Shown: positions 10,707 to 24,546 of the stretch, piece after piece
Position numbering within the stretch: position 1 is the stretch's first letter
Layout of the letters: each line of letters starts with the position of its first letter
From: Mobula birostris
Taxonomy: Eukaryota
NCBI RefSeq assembly: GCF_030028105.1
Contig: NC_092391.1
Coordinates: forward strand, 12,249,223-12,313,222
Direction: 5' to 3'
DNA: 64,000 nucleotides
Notes under the pieces: model-generated
Told to the model about the DNA's origin: nothing
Seen by the model: the letters and a program-made list of their open reading frames with translations, nothing else
Databases searched by the model: none
Program-made: the position numbers and the translations under genes

Positions 10707-13700
10707 TGGTTTATTAGGTGCGTTAAAAATCAAACTTACAAAAATTAGTGAAAATAACGAAAGCTGCCAGTATTTACAGACAGATATCTATCAGAAATCA
10801 CATTAACAGCTCCCAGCTTATTCTGGTCCAGTGTGAAAACCTGGCAGCCCCCATCTCCCTCTCACTGAGGGCAATGAGCTCCCTTTATTCAGCACTAGGA
10901 CCTACCATCTTTAAATACCAAAGTTAACACATGAATTAGAATATGATGCACCCCACAATGTAGTTACAATTATATTACAAGATAAACAGAGGTATCTACC
11001 TTAAATACAGAAAGAACACATGCACCTTTACACATCCCTATTATGAAAGAAATAGAATATTCCGCCATATATAGGAAGAAAGTCACCATAAAGCCAACCC
11101 GGACACAACAGCTCGGTTTAGGACCCAATATGAGAATATACTGGGGAAGAGATTAAGGCGCGCACACTCAGTGCAACAGCAGCAGAATGAAAAGATAATG
11201 TGTGTGTGTGCGTGTGTTAGGAGTGCGTTTACTGAGTGCTGTCCACCAAACCCTATGACCACACGGGTTTCCTGCAGGGGCTTCGGTTCCCTCCCATATT
11301 CCAAAAACATATGATTAGATGAGTTGGGGGTGTGTGAGATTAGTATGTTGGTGCAGGAAGTGGGGCAACACTTGTGGTCCTCCCAGCACAATCCCCGCTG
11401 ATTTGATTTGACGCTGGTGACGTATCTCACCGTATGTTTAGATGTACCTGTGATCAATAAAGCTAATTTTTAATTTCACATTGAACACACACAAATCTTA
11501 TTTTCTGCTCCCATCAGCTCCTCCCACATTGTGCCAAATCACCTGCGCATCTGGGGCAATTTACAGGGGCCAACTAACCTACCAGTCCACATGCTACTGC
11601 GATGTGGGAGCGATACTGCAGCCCTTGGGGCCACAGGGAGACCACAAGAAGTCTCTACAGGTAACACCAGGGGTCAGGATTGAACCCGTATCACTGGAGC
11701 TGTCTGGCTGCAGATCCTCTAACTCCACCTTAGATGAAAATGGCATCGTTGAGCACACTTACAGGGAGAACTCCCCCCAGAAAGCAACATTCATCATCAA
11801 GGACCTCCACCATCCACAGCATGCTCTCTTCTCAGTACTACCATTGGGCAGGAGGTGGAGGAGTCTGAGGTCCTATACCACCAGGTTCAGGGACAGTTAT
11901 TACCCCTCAGCCATCAGGCTCCTGAACCAGAGGGGATAGCTCACTACAACACTGAACTGATTCGACAACGACAGGCTCAAGAACTCAAGTTCTCAGTATT
12001 ATTTTATTTGGACAGATTGTCCTCTTTTGCACATTCATTGCTTGTCTTTGATTATTTCTCGATTTTCATAATTTCTATTGTATTTCCTTATTTTCCTGTG
12101 AATGTAAGAAAATGAATCTCGGGATAATATATGGTGACATATCAGAATCAGGTTTAAAATCACTGGCATATGTCATGAAATTTGTTGTCTTTGCAGCAGT
12201 AGTACAATGCAATACATAATAATAAAGAAAAAAAACCTGAATTACAGTAAGCACGTAGATATTAAATAGTTAAATTAAATAAGTAGTGCAAATACAAAAA
12301 TAGAAAAATAAGGTAGTACTCATGGGTTCAATGTCCATTAAGAAATTGGATGACAGAGGGGAAGAAGTTGTTTCTGAATCGTTGAGTGTGTGTCTTCAAG
12401 CCCCTGTACCTCCTTCCTGATGGTAACAATGAGAAGAGTACATGCCCTGGGTGATGGGGGTACATATATGTACTTTGATAATAAGCATATCTTGGAATTT
12501 GAATATTCATAGCTGGAAGTGAATTGAAGGGTCTGAGAGATAGGTGGTTACTCAGATGGACCTGAAACGGCTCTTGAATCTGTATATAGGACTTGCTCGG
12601 GCAGCACTGAAGTTTACAATGACAACTTTGCAGCCGCCTTCACTGGGAACCGTGGAGATGGTCGTCTGAAATCCTGCAACCAATCACACAGCAAATGGAT
12701 CTCCGGGAGGATCCTGAGAGAGCTTGAATTCAACAAATACTACAAGGCGAAGGATTTAAAGTCCAAAGTTCAAAGTAAGTTTATTATCAGATTTATGTAT
12801 ATGTCACCATATACTACCCAGAGATTCATTTTCTTGCAGGCATTCACAATAGAAATACAATAGAATCAATGAAAACACACACACACGAAGACTGATAAAC
12901 ACCCAATCTGCAAAATAAGGCAAATTGTGCAAATACAACCCACATCCCCAAAAATAAATACATAAATAAATAAATAACACTAAGAACATGAGTTGCAGAG
13001 TCCTTGAAAGCGAGTCTGTAGGTTGTGGAATCAGTTCAGTGTTGTGGTGAGTGAAGTTATCCGTGCCAGTTCAGGAGCTGCTAGTTGCAGGGTAATAGCT
13101 CCTCCTGAATCTGGTAGTGTGGGATTTAAAGCTCCTCTGTCTTCTACCTGATGCAGCTAGTGAGAAGAGAGCATGGCCTAGACGTTGCCTTCTGGTGGGC
13201 AGTACCCCTTGTAGATGTGCTCAACGGTGAGGAGGGCTAAAGTTGTGTTAAAATGTCAGGGAAGCTGAGTTTTGAATTTTGAATTTTAACAGGATTATGC
13301 TTTTCAACATTAAATGCAGAAACAGTTTCACAAACTAAAGCACTGCCTGCTTTCTGCTTCTGGATGAGAAACATATTTGCTTCATTTCCCAATGCACTGT
13401 TTTAAAGGAGATGAGATTCTGGTATTGGCAGAAAGACAATGTTTGGGTAATCCCAGGTGTGGCTAGCTATTTTTACAGATCCTTCATAGGAAGCATCCTA
13501 TCCAGATCATCGCGGCTTGGCACGACAAGTGCTCCGCACGTGGTCGCAAAAACCTGCAGAGAATGTGAACACAGCTCAGTCCACCACACAAACCACCGAC
13601 TCTGTCTATACTTCCCACTGCCTGAGGAGAGCAGCCAAGTAATCAAAGCACCTTGCCACCCCAGTCGTTTTCTCTTCTGCTCCACCCCCCCACACCACCT

Positions 13701-13774
13701 TCCATCAAGCAGAAGCCACAGAAGAACTAGAACACATACCATTGGGGCGAGGATAGTTTCTACCCCACTGTCAT

Positions 13775-14112
13775 CAGCACCATCACGATGTGCCGTGACG
13801 TACGACGTGGCCCATCACGGTCTGTCCATGACCATGACTGTTCTTGGCAAATTTTTCGACAGAAGTGGGCAGTGTCTTTACAAGACGGGCGACCCCAGCC
13901 ATTATCAATCCTCTTCAGAGATTGTCTGCCTGGCGTTCGTGTTTGCATAACCAGGAATTGTGATATGCACCAGTTGCTCATACAACCATTGGCTACCTGC
14001 TCCCATGGCTTCACGTGACCCTGATCGTGGGGCTAAGCAGGAGCTGCAGACTAGCAGAGGGAAGGAGCGCCTTATACATCCTTTGGTGGAGACATATCTT
14101 TACCCCGCCACT
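13775..14112 (-). mobile_element. Non-autonomous RTE-related retroposon (copy)
   Basis: Reverse complement of the element at 38863-39250. Confidence 0.8.
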
Positions 14113-14424
14113 GAACCCACTATTAAAAAACTTCTATTTTGAGGCTGTGCCCTCTGGTCCCAGCCTTCCCCAGTACTGGAAACATCTTCTCCACAACCAC
14201 TCTATCTAGGACTTTCAATATTCGGTGGGTTTCCATAAGATTCTCCCTCATTCTTCTAAACCCCAGGGAGTACAGGCCCAAAGCCATCAAATGCTCCTCA
14301 TTCTTTCATTCCCAGGAGCATGAGGCAGATTGTCAAACTAGGGGACTGTTCAAAAGTCTTGTAACAGCAATGTCGGTGATACCTTTGAGGAAGATGCCCT
14401 GGATTCTCCTTACAGATCCCACCA

Positions 14425-15415
14425 TAGAACATAGAACAGTACAGCACAGGAACAGGCCACTTGGCCCACAGTGTTGTGCGAACCAGCTAAAAGGCAAATC
14501 AGAAACAGCCAGACATGAATCCCTCCTCCCTACACTGTGTCCATATCCTTCCATCTTCCTTACATCCATGTTTCTTAAAAGCCTTCAATGTATTTGCCTC
14601 TACCACCACACCAGGCAGCATGTTCCAGGCATCCACCTCTCTCTGAGTAAAAAAACACACCGATCACATCCCTCTTAAACTTACCCCCTCTCACCTTCAA
14701 TGCATGCCCCCTTGTATTAGACTTTTCAACCCTGGGAAACAGATACTCTCTAAACCACACAGCATCCTGGTAAATCTCCTCTGCACCCTCTCCAAAGCCT
14801 CAACATCCTTCCTATAGTGGGGCCAGAACTGTACACAATACTCCAGATGTGGCCTAACCAGAGTGTTATAAAGTTACAACATAACACTTTTAAATTCAGT
14901 GCCTCGTCCAATAAAAGCAAGCATTCCATAAACCTTCTTAACCACCTTATCGACCTGTGTAGCCTCTTTCAAGAAGCTATGAACTTGGATCCCAAGATTT
15001 CTCTGCTCAGCAACACGGTCCAGGATCTTGCCCTTCACAGTGTACTGTCTCCTTGTACTTGCCCTACCAAGGCGCAACGCCTCATCTTTAACTGGGTTAA
15101 ACTCCATCTGCCATTTCTCTGCCCATATCTGCAGCTGATTCATATCATGCTGCATTCTTTGCTAGTCTTCTGCACTATCCACAACTCCACCAGTCCTGGT
15201 ATCATCTGCAAAACTTACTAACCCCTCCATCTACATTTTCAACCAGGTCAGTTATATCCATCACAAACCGTGAAGGTCACAGCACAGATCCTTGTGGAAC
15301 TCCACTGATTACAGTCCTCCAGCTTGAATAAATTCTTTCAACGACTACCCTGTGTCTTCGATGTGCAAGCCAGTTCTGAGTCCAGACAGCCAATTCACTG
15401 CAAACCCATGCACCT
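14425..15415 (-). mobile_element. CR1 LINE 3' fragment, decayed
   Basis: ORFs 14874..15155 (WAEKWQMEFN) and 15277..15483 (SGVPQGSVL); catagaa tail. Confidence 0.88.
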
Positions 15416-15889
15416 TCCTTGAACTCTGGACTGGCCAATGATGAGTCCCTAAACTCTAGGCCTTGAACTTCGGTCTCAACCAAATCACATCATCATCACT
15501 TGTTCCTCCTGCCCACATGGAACCTACCGACAACTTGTTGACCTGGGGAAGGTGGGGAGCTTGTCCACTCTCTGTCAGTCTGACATCCGACCACGGATGT
15601 CCCACATCAACGTTGTTAGCCTTTGAATGCTTAATGGAGACTTTGACTATGGTCTGACCTTTAATTTCCCACATCTCAGTCTCTAAACCCTAACCTGATC
15701 CCTAATTCCCTTTTGTCACAAACCTATCCCTACAGACCTAAAGATACACAATGAAAAATTTAAAAAAACCTGAACTGTGACTCAATTCAGGCATTCCAGT
15801 GTGCTTCTGAACCCAGAGTTAAGGCAAAAACCCAAAGAATTAGGCTATTTGGCCCATTGAGTCTGCTCTGCCATTCCATCACAGCTGAC

Positions 15890-16335
15890 GTACTCATCAA
15901 AAAGGCTGGATCCATCCTTGGTTAAAACCTGGATTCCTTTGAGTTAGTGGTGGAGAGGAGATCGCTAAACGAACTGTTATCCATCATGGACAATCAGGCA
16001 CATCCTCTCATGGCCTACTGAATAAGCAGCCGAGCACACTTTCAAACAGGTTCATTCAGCTCCACTGTCACAAGGATCGTTACAGGAAATCTTTCCTACC
16101 AAATGCAATAAGCATATACAACAGTTCATCCCTGTGTGACAGGAGAACACACGTCATAGAACAACAGTCTCTGTTTTATTATTTCGTACATTATTATTGC
16201 ACATTGGTAAATTATTATTGTATATATTATTATTCTGTACTTTATTATTAGTTAAGTCTGCACACTGCTAAGTGTGTTTTTAAATGTTGCTGTTGTAATT
16301 TCCCACTCAGGATCAATAAAATACTTATTATTATT
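15890..16335 (+). mobile_element. Rex1/Babar LINE 3' end
   Basis: Translates LIKKAGSILG..VVERR..LLSIMDN..HPL; aataaa followed by (tta)n tail. Confidence 0.75.
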
Positions 16336-16547
16336 CTATTAATATTTACTTTCCCTCTCAACTCCATTCTCCTGCCTTCTACCTGTAACTGTTGATGTCC
16401 CGACCAATCAAGATGATGAGTTTAGATCCCATTATTGACCTAAAACATGTTTCTTTCTCCATAGGAACTGTCTGAATTGTTGGGTGTTCCCAACTTTGTC
16501 TGTTTTCATTAAATATTTCCAGTATTTGCACTAATTTTCTTGGTAAA

Positions 16548-17389
16548 TTGTGGTTTCTGCTAAATTGGGACACTTGTGAACCCGTACATTTGGCCCAATT
16601 AAGCAGTTACCCAAATTAGCCAAAGTTTCATGGAAATAGTTAAAAAGCATAACAAAGACAAGCTACAATTTAAATGAGTTACAAGTCATGCACTTAAATG
16701 AAATGCAGAACAAATTAGATCACTACCAGTATTACCAATTAAGACAGTTCTAAGTTGTCTTACTGCTTATAAAACTGCACATTGATTCTCAATAGTTACT
16801 GATGGAAGAATTCATCACTGCTGTGTTCTTTTGATTGATTAGAAATGAACAAAATCAGTGCAGACACCTAGTAGGCGTAATAGACTGCCTTCATTGCCTT
16901 CCTGCATAAAGTCAAATAAAAAACAAAATTATCAAAAATTTCTGCTTTTTGAATCAGCGTCTGCTGGCCCAAATGCATAACATAATGCAAGCACCCACAA
17001 TGAATGCTGTTTAAAAACTGTTTGTTAATGTCTAAAGGCTGTTTTCGGTATTTCTAAGCCTGAACATTTTAAAGCACAGTGAGCAAAATAGTTCTGAATT
17101 GTCTTACTGCTTATTTCTCACCAACTATCAACAACAAAAATCACTGCTTTCTGAACACAAACACACAACTGGCACTGTTAAAAAGCTGTTCGCTCTAAGC
17201 ATGGTGTAGAGTCTAACAGCCACACAAGGGCATGCGACTCGCAATAGTTGGATACTGTTTGGCAATAGTCCCGTGTCCCAATTAATTTGCATAGTGTTTC
17301 AAATAAATGAAGGGAATCCCGGCTATATTCTTGTCCTAAATAAGCACCTGCCTTGATTAACCAATGGCCTAATTAACTGGAATCCACTG
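16548..17389. mobile_element. Non-autonomous Tigger/pogo-like DNA element
   Basis: Right end aattaactggaatccactg followed by TA; degenerate left end; same terminus (caatggattccagtgaattgggcc) recurs at ~18472. Confidence 0.55.
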
Positions 17390-17964
17390 TATAATATATA
17401 AAAGTCACATGTACATACATGAATATACATTGTATATACACACACACATATATATTGTACTGTGTAAATGTCTTAGGAACATGTAAAAAACTTTGTAAAG
17501 CAAAAATGCTTTCAGAAATAATGAAATGAAGTTTCTAAATATCAATAAAAACATAAAGAGCAGTAAACAGTAAAAATTAAAACAAATTTGATGTGACCAC
17601 CTTTTGCCTTTAAAACTGCATCAATTCTCTTAGGTATACTGTTGTCCCATTTTATAAGAAAATTGGCTGGTTGGTTGTTCCAAGCATCTTGGAGGACTTC
17701 CCACAGTTTTTTCTGCAGACTTTGGCTGTCTCGCGTGCTTCTGCCTCTCCAGGTAATCCCAGACTGCCTCGATGATGTTGCAATCAGGGCTCTGAGGAGA
17801 TCATACTATCTGAAACTAATATTAAAAAATCTAGGGTGCCTACAACGTTATAAATAGACACAGCATATTAGGATCAGGAGTGGAGCTCAGTGTGGTCTTC
17901 TGCTGATGTAGCCAACTGTCACAAAACGTGTAGCCAGACAAGACACGGTTGCTGAGTGACATTC

Positions 17965-18466
17965 ACTCTGTGGCCACTTTATAAGGTACATCCTATACCC
18001 AGTAATATGGCCATGATCATGGTCATCTGGTGCCGTAGCCTATCCACTCCAAGGTTCAACGTATTATGCATTCAGGAACGCTCTTCTGCACACCACTGCA
18101 GTAATGTGTGGTTATTTGAGTTACTGCTGACTTCTCATCAGATTGAATCAGTCTGGCTATTTTCGTCTGACATCTCACTAACAAGGTGTTTTCACCTACA
18201 GAACTGCCACTTGCTGGATATTTTTGTTCTTCATACCATTCTCCAGAACTGTTGTATGTGAAAATCCCAGGAGATCAACAATTTCTGAGGTCCTCGAAAC
18301 ACCCCAATCGGCACCAACAACCATTCATGGTCAAAGGCACTTAGATTACATTTGACCATGTCTACATGATTTTAATGCACTGAGTTGCTGCCACGTGATT
18401 GGCTGATTAGATATTCGCATTAACAATCAAGTGTACAGGTGTACCTAAAAAAGTGAGCTCTGAGTA
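17965..18466. mobile_element. Tc1-derived MITE
   Basis: Imperfect TIRs cactctgtggccactttataaggtaca / gtacctaaaaaagtgagctctgagt. Confidence 0.6.
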
Positions 18467-18569
18467 TATATCAATGGATTCCAGTGAATTGGGCCGTCGG
18501 TAAATGAAGGTGACTGATGTGGTGTTTAATAGCTACAGCACCAGAAGACCATGAAGATACAATACTTCT

Positions 18570-20730
18570 TCCTCTTTTGGATGCATATACCCTGTGCCTA
18601 CCAAATTGCTTCCAGAAATTTCAGCCATTGCTGCTCTGCCGTCATCCCTGCCAGTGTTCTCTTCCAATCAATTCTGGCCAATTCCTCTCTCATGCCTCTG
18701 TCATTCCCTTTACTCCACTGTAATACTGCTATATCTGACTTTAGCTTCTCCTTCTCAAATTTCAGGGTGAATTCAATCATATTATGATCACTTTCCCCTA
18801 AGGGTTCTTTTACCTTAAGCTCGCTAATCAATTCTGGTTCATTGCACAACACCAAAGTCTGAATAGCTCATCCTCCACTGAGCTCAACCATGAGCTGCCT
18901 AAAAAGCCATCTCATAGACACTCTAGAAATTCCACCTCCTGTAATTAAGCACCAATCTGATTTTCCCAATCTACCTGCATATTGATATCCCCCATGACTA
19001 TTGTAACATTGCCCTTTTGGCTTGCTTTTTCTATCTCCCACTGCAGTTTGTAGGCCACATACTTACTTCTATTTGGGGGCCTGTATACAACTCCCATCAG
19101 GGTCTTTTTACCACTGCAGTTCCTTACCTCTATCCACAATGATTCAACACCTCCTGACCCTATGTCACCTCTTTCTAATGATCTGATTTCATTTTTTTAC
19201 CAACAGAGCAACACCACCCCCTCTGCCTTCCTGCCTATCCTTTTGATACAATGTGTATCCTTTGACATTCAGCTCCCAGCTCTAATCTTTCAGCCATGAT
19301 TCAGTGATGCCTACAACATCATGCCTCCCAATCTGCAATTGTGCTACACGTTCATCTACCTTATTCCATATACTGTGCGCTTTCAGATACAACACCTCCT
19401 GTCCTGTATTCACCTTGTCGATTTTGTCTGCCTTTTACGTTGCAACTCATCCTGTTGTCTGCAATTTTGCCCTATAACAGCCTCTGTTTGTAAACCAGCT
19501 ACATACCTCATCTACAGCATTATGATGTGCCCTTCCTACGCTGCTTCTTGCATTGAAATATATGCAGCTCAGGACACTAGTCGCACCAGGCTCAAAATTC
19601 CTAACTTTGTCTGAGGACTTGCCAAGATCTGCCCCCCCCACAACCTCTCCACTAACTATTCTGGCACTCTGGTTCCCATCCCTCTGCAACTCTAGCTTAA
19701 ACCCCATTGTGCAGCATTAACAAACCATCCTGCTAGGATATTAGTCCTCCTCCTGTTCAGGTGCAAACAGTCCGTTCTGTATAGGTCCCACCTTCACTGG
19801 AAGAGAGCACAAATACCCAAAAATCTTTTGCCTATCCTCCTACACCAACGCCTTAGCCACGTAATAAATTGTATGATCTTCCTAGTTCTGGCCTCACATA
19901 TTACAGGTAGCAATCCTGAGATCACAACCCTGGAGTTCCTGCCCTTTAACTTAGCATTTAACTCCATGAACTCCCTATGCAGAACCTCAACCCTCGTCCA
20001 AACTATGTCACTGGTACCTACATGGACCACAATCTTTGACTGTTCACCCTTCCACTTAAGAATACTGAGGACTCAATCCGAGATATCCCAGACACCGACA
20101 CCCGGGAGGCAACACAGCATCCAGGAATCGTGTTCTTGCCCACAGAACCTCCTGTCCATTCCCTTAACTAACGAATCCCCTATCACCACAACTCACCTCT
20201 TCTTCCCCTTCCCTTCTGAGTCATAGAGGCAACTCAGTGCCAGAGATCTGACCACTGTGACTTCCCTCCATTAGATCAACCACGCACCTCCCCCCAACAG
20301 TATCCAAAGTGACATATCTGTTGTTGAGGGGGATGGCTACAGGTGTGCTCTGCAATGGCTCCTTAACCCCTTTCCCCTTCCTGACTGTCATCCATTTTTC
20401 TATGTCCTGCACTTTGGGTGTAAATATCTCTCTCTGTGTCCTACCTATCACCCTATCAGCCTCCTGAATGATCCAAAGTTCATCCAGTTCCAGCACCAAC
20501 TCCCGAACGCAGTTTGTTAGAAGTTGTGGCAGAATGTACTTCTTGCAGTTGTGGTCACCAGGGACACTGGAGGTCTCCCTGCCTTCCCACATCCCATAAG
20601 AGGAGATGTCAGCCATCCTGCCAGGCATCTCTACTGTCCCAGCAGATAGAAAGAAGAGAAGGAAAAAAAAACTTGAGCTTTTCTTTCCTTTGCTTTCTCT
20701 GACTGAAGCCTCTTTTCACTGAAGCCTTGA
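18570..20730 (-). mobile_element. CR1 LINE 5' portion: ORF1 (Cys motif + SGNH esterase) and ORF2 endonuclease, decayed
   Basis: ORF 19794..20030 VHVGTSDI..RVVISGLLPV; ORF 18945..19139 GVVYRPPN..MGDIN; ORF 18598..18855 LGESDHNMIEF. Confidence 0.88.
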
Positions 20731-21809
20731 AGAATTAGGAACTAATACACATTTTTAGAGTGCTGTAGAGGTATTGGCTCTGCTCTAATTTATTCTGTAT
20801 CTTACATAAATATTGAAATACTCAGTTGAAAGGTCATTTGTCTTTTTTTATACTTTTTAAATAATCTCCATGACACTTAGGACTTTATTCCTTCAAACGT
20901 AGAAGACTGAGAGGACACTTGATATGGGGTATACAAAATTATGAGGGGTATATAGATGGAGTAAATGCAAGCAGGCTTTTTCCACTGGTTGGGTGGGCCT
21001 ACAACCAGAGGTCATGGGTTAACGGTGAAAGGTGAAAAGTTTAAGGGGAACAAGAGGGGAAACATCTTCACTCAGAGGGTCGTGAGAGTGTGGAACGAGC
21101 TGCCAGCACAAGTGGTGCATATGAGCTCGATTTCAACATTTAAGCAAAGTCTGGATGGGTACATGGATCATAGGGGTATGGAGGGCTATGGTCCCAGAGC
21201 AGGCTGAGTAGGCAGTTTAAAATGGTTTCAGCATGGACTAGATGGGCTGAAGGGCCTAGTTCTGAGCTGTACTTTTCCTTGAATCTATGACTTTGGCTAA
21301 TCAGGGCTGCTGCTTAACTGGGCCAAAATGACTGATCCCGATGTGCTGTAATATAAATAGAATTAAAGTCCTAATGAATCTTTTGCAACATGAAAGCTTG
21401 TGCAGCAGGAGGTACAGCAAATCGCTGACCTTTGTGGGGTGTACCAGTTGTGAGAAAAGAAATCAGAAACTCATTAATCTCTTCCCAGTAAGGAAGCAGT
21501 AAATGACAAGTGAACTGTGCTTGTTCTGACAAGCTGAAAAACATACAAGTCATTCCTCCAGTGGGTAGTGACGCAAAGTGTGCAGCTGCAGGTACAGCAG
21601 AGGTTTCCCCAGGGCGAGGAGACAGCACTGGGAATAAGAGGTAGATGGACTCTGTCTATACTTCTCACTACCTAAGTAAAGCAGCCAGCATTATCAAAGA
21701 CCCCAACCAACCTGGACGTTCTCTCCTCTCCCCTCCCCTCAGGCAGAGGATAATAAAAGCCTGAAAGCATATACTGCTGAGATCGACAGCTCTTATAAGA
21801 ACCATACAT

Positions 21810-22680
21810 AGTCAGCTGGGTTGAGTTGTTCCCCGATCTTGGCAATTTACTTGCAAACGTTTCATCACCATGTGAGAAGTCATCATCAGTGTGCTGTTGG
21901 TTGTGGTGTGACCTCTGAAATCTTGCCCACTTTGGGGCATAAATAGGATTGAGGCCCATGTGTTTAGTTATCAAATTGTTCATGGAAAACCAGGCTTCCA
22001 GGCCACAGCCAATCAGCAACGAGATTTCCTCCCCACATCACAATTGAGTTTCCATAATGACGGCCACTCAGCTGATTGGTAAGTATATAAAGGCCAAGCC
22101 AGACATCCCACCTCTCCCGGAAGTTCTGGGAGTCTCCTGCATATTAATATTGGCTCCCTGATGCCCGTAAATTATATACAATATCCCGGAAATCAATTTT
22201 TTTGAGAGCAAGCGAGTGAGAAAATATAAAACGTACGTCACCCCAGACTACACTAAAGTGTACCCCTGCCTAATAGGGGTCAAAAATAATGACAGTGTTG
22301 CTCGCTGCACTGTTTGCAACAGTGACTTTTCTATTGCCCACGGTGGGTTAAGACTGTAAAAGACATGTTGAGGTGAGTTTAACAGGTGTCATTCGTTCAT
22401 TAGCATAGCTAACGTTATTTAAACTAGCTCGCTAGCTGCTAAGGAGCTACTCTATTGCAGACATCCCACTTCTCCCAGAAATTCCGGGAGTCTCCCGCAA
22501 ATTGATGGTGCTACCTGCCTGAAATGAGTTTTTGCAGGATGGGATGTCTGCCAAGCACTCGGAGGACATCACAGGTAACAGTGCACTGATGGTGTCTCCT
22601 CGTAGGGTAACAAAACACTTGCAAGTCAATTGCCAAGAATGAAGAACCACTCAACCCAACCGTCAACCACCTGAGCTACA
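21810..22680. mobile_element. Penelope-like repeat remnant interrupted by a MITE
   Basis: Related inverted ends (cttgcaaacgtttcatcacc..catcagtg / cactgatgg..aaacacttgcaag). Confidence 0.5.
22100..22550. mobile_element. 451-bp non-autonomous DNA transposon with 11-bp TIR and 6-bp TSD
   Basis: CAGACATCCCA ... TGGGATGTCTG; flanked by CCAAGC on both sides (22094-22099, 22551-22556). Confidence 0.85.
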
Positions 22681-22849
22681 CATTTTACAAATTATCTCCA
22701 ACTATATATAGTTCCCTAGTATGAGAAGATGGACTCTTGACCTCACGATATGCTTCTTTATGCTCTTGCACCTTACTGGTTACCTGCTCTATGCATTCTC
22801 TGTAGCTTTTATACTTTAATCTGTATTGCTATTGTTTTACCAGTTCCTT

Positions 22850-23405
22850 AAGGTTGTTGTAGCTGGAGGTGGTCATGGGGACAAGCTCGCACTACCTATT
22901 AAATGTTCCCAATGGTGTGCTCCTCAAATAGCCCCTGACAACCAAGTCCAGCTCCTGGCCTTCATGTGTGGTTTAGCTACTAAGCCTGGTGGAACTGCTT
23001 CTACTGACTAGAGAAGGGGCAAAGGTGGGTTACTGATGCCTCAAAACCAGTCGCTTCGGGCAGATGGGGCTTGTCAGCCATGGTTGGCAGCTCATCCAGG
23101 AGAAGGAAAACTCTGATCTAAACCTCTGCTGCCTTGCGGCTATGCCCACTCATGGGGAAGGCTTCGGGAGTAAACCCCGAGGGAAAAATCCCAAAGGGGA
23201 GTCCCTAGGGCAGTCCTACGCTGGGTTCAACGCTGACTGGCAACTCCTGCACCAAACTGCCATCTCTGCCATTCCTTTGGGTCCATCAGATGTGTGAAGA
23301 GGAGAAGCTTGCTCTCCATATTGCACTGGACAGGATGGTGTATGTATCTTGACACCTAGGACACAACATCCTTGGTCAACTGTGACCAACAGAGGCCTCA
23401 TTATT
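22850..23405 (+). mobile_element. RTE-like non-autonomous retroposon inserted in a Rex 3'UTR
   Basis: RTE 5'UTR-like motif ggagaaggaaaactctgatc; host repeat resumes after 23405. Confidence 0.55.
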
Positions 23406-24546
23406 GCTGATTTGCCTTATTCTGCCCCAATGCGCAGTGTAATAATCCGATCTGTATGAGCAGTGTGCAAGATAAGCTCTTCATTGTATCTCAGTACATG
23501 TGACAGTAATAAACCAGTTCCGTTTCCAATAATATGCAACGATTATCAAGGGAAATGGTTTCAAAAGAATCTGAGTAGAAAAGCTCCAATCATATGAGAG
23601 CCTGTGTGGTCACATCTGGAAAATAATGTGCACGTTTGCTCTCCCTCAGGACGGACATTATACTTGTAATACAGGGAGGTCCGTGAGGGTTCACTGGACT
23701 GAAAATAAAACAGCCCAAATCTGTGCAGGCAGCAACAAATCTCAAGATATTAAAGGAATTGCAGAGGAGCGGACGAGAGATCAAGAAGAAAAATGGCAAT
23801 GAGGTAGAGGATCAGCCTGAACTTATCGAACGGGGAGGGGGTGTTGCAAGGGGCTGAACCACCCTCCTCCTTCTCTTTCTTCAAAGCTCAGGCGGCCATC
23901 CATTTCAATTCGACTTCCCATTCCCATTCTGACATGTTGGCCCATGACCTCCACTGTCACTTTGATAAGCACACTCAGGCTAGAGGAGCAAAATCTCATG
24001 TACTGCCTGAGTAGTCATCAACCTGGTGGCGTGAACATCGATTTCTCTAACTTCAAGTTATCTCTCCCTATCACTCTTCTCTCCCTATGAACAAGTTAAC
24101 AAATTTATCGACAGATGCCTGTGATGTTAAATCTGATTCTGATTCTTTCCATTTCCCCATTCTGGCTCCCCTCTTACCTCTTCTCATCTGCCCATCATCT
24201 CCCTCTGGTTCCCCTCCTCCTTCCCTTTCGTCCATGGTCCACTGTCCTCTCCTATCAAGATTCCCTTTTCTTCAGCCTTTAACCCTTTCCACCTATCACC
24301 TCCCAGCTTCTTACTTCACTCCACCCCTCCCCAAAGCACCCACAATCCCCCCCCCTCACCTGGTTTCACCTATCACCTGCCAGCTTGTACTTCCTCTCTT
24401 CCCACCTTATCATTCTGGTCTACCCCCCCAGTTCCTTTCCAGCCCTGAAACGTCGACTGTTCATCCCTCTCCATAGATACTGCCTGACCTGCTGAGTTCC
24501 CCCAGCTCTTAGTGCGTGTTACTATGAGGAAAGTATAACATAGGGA

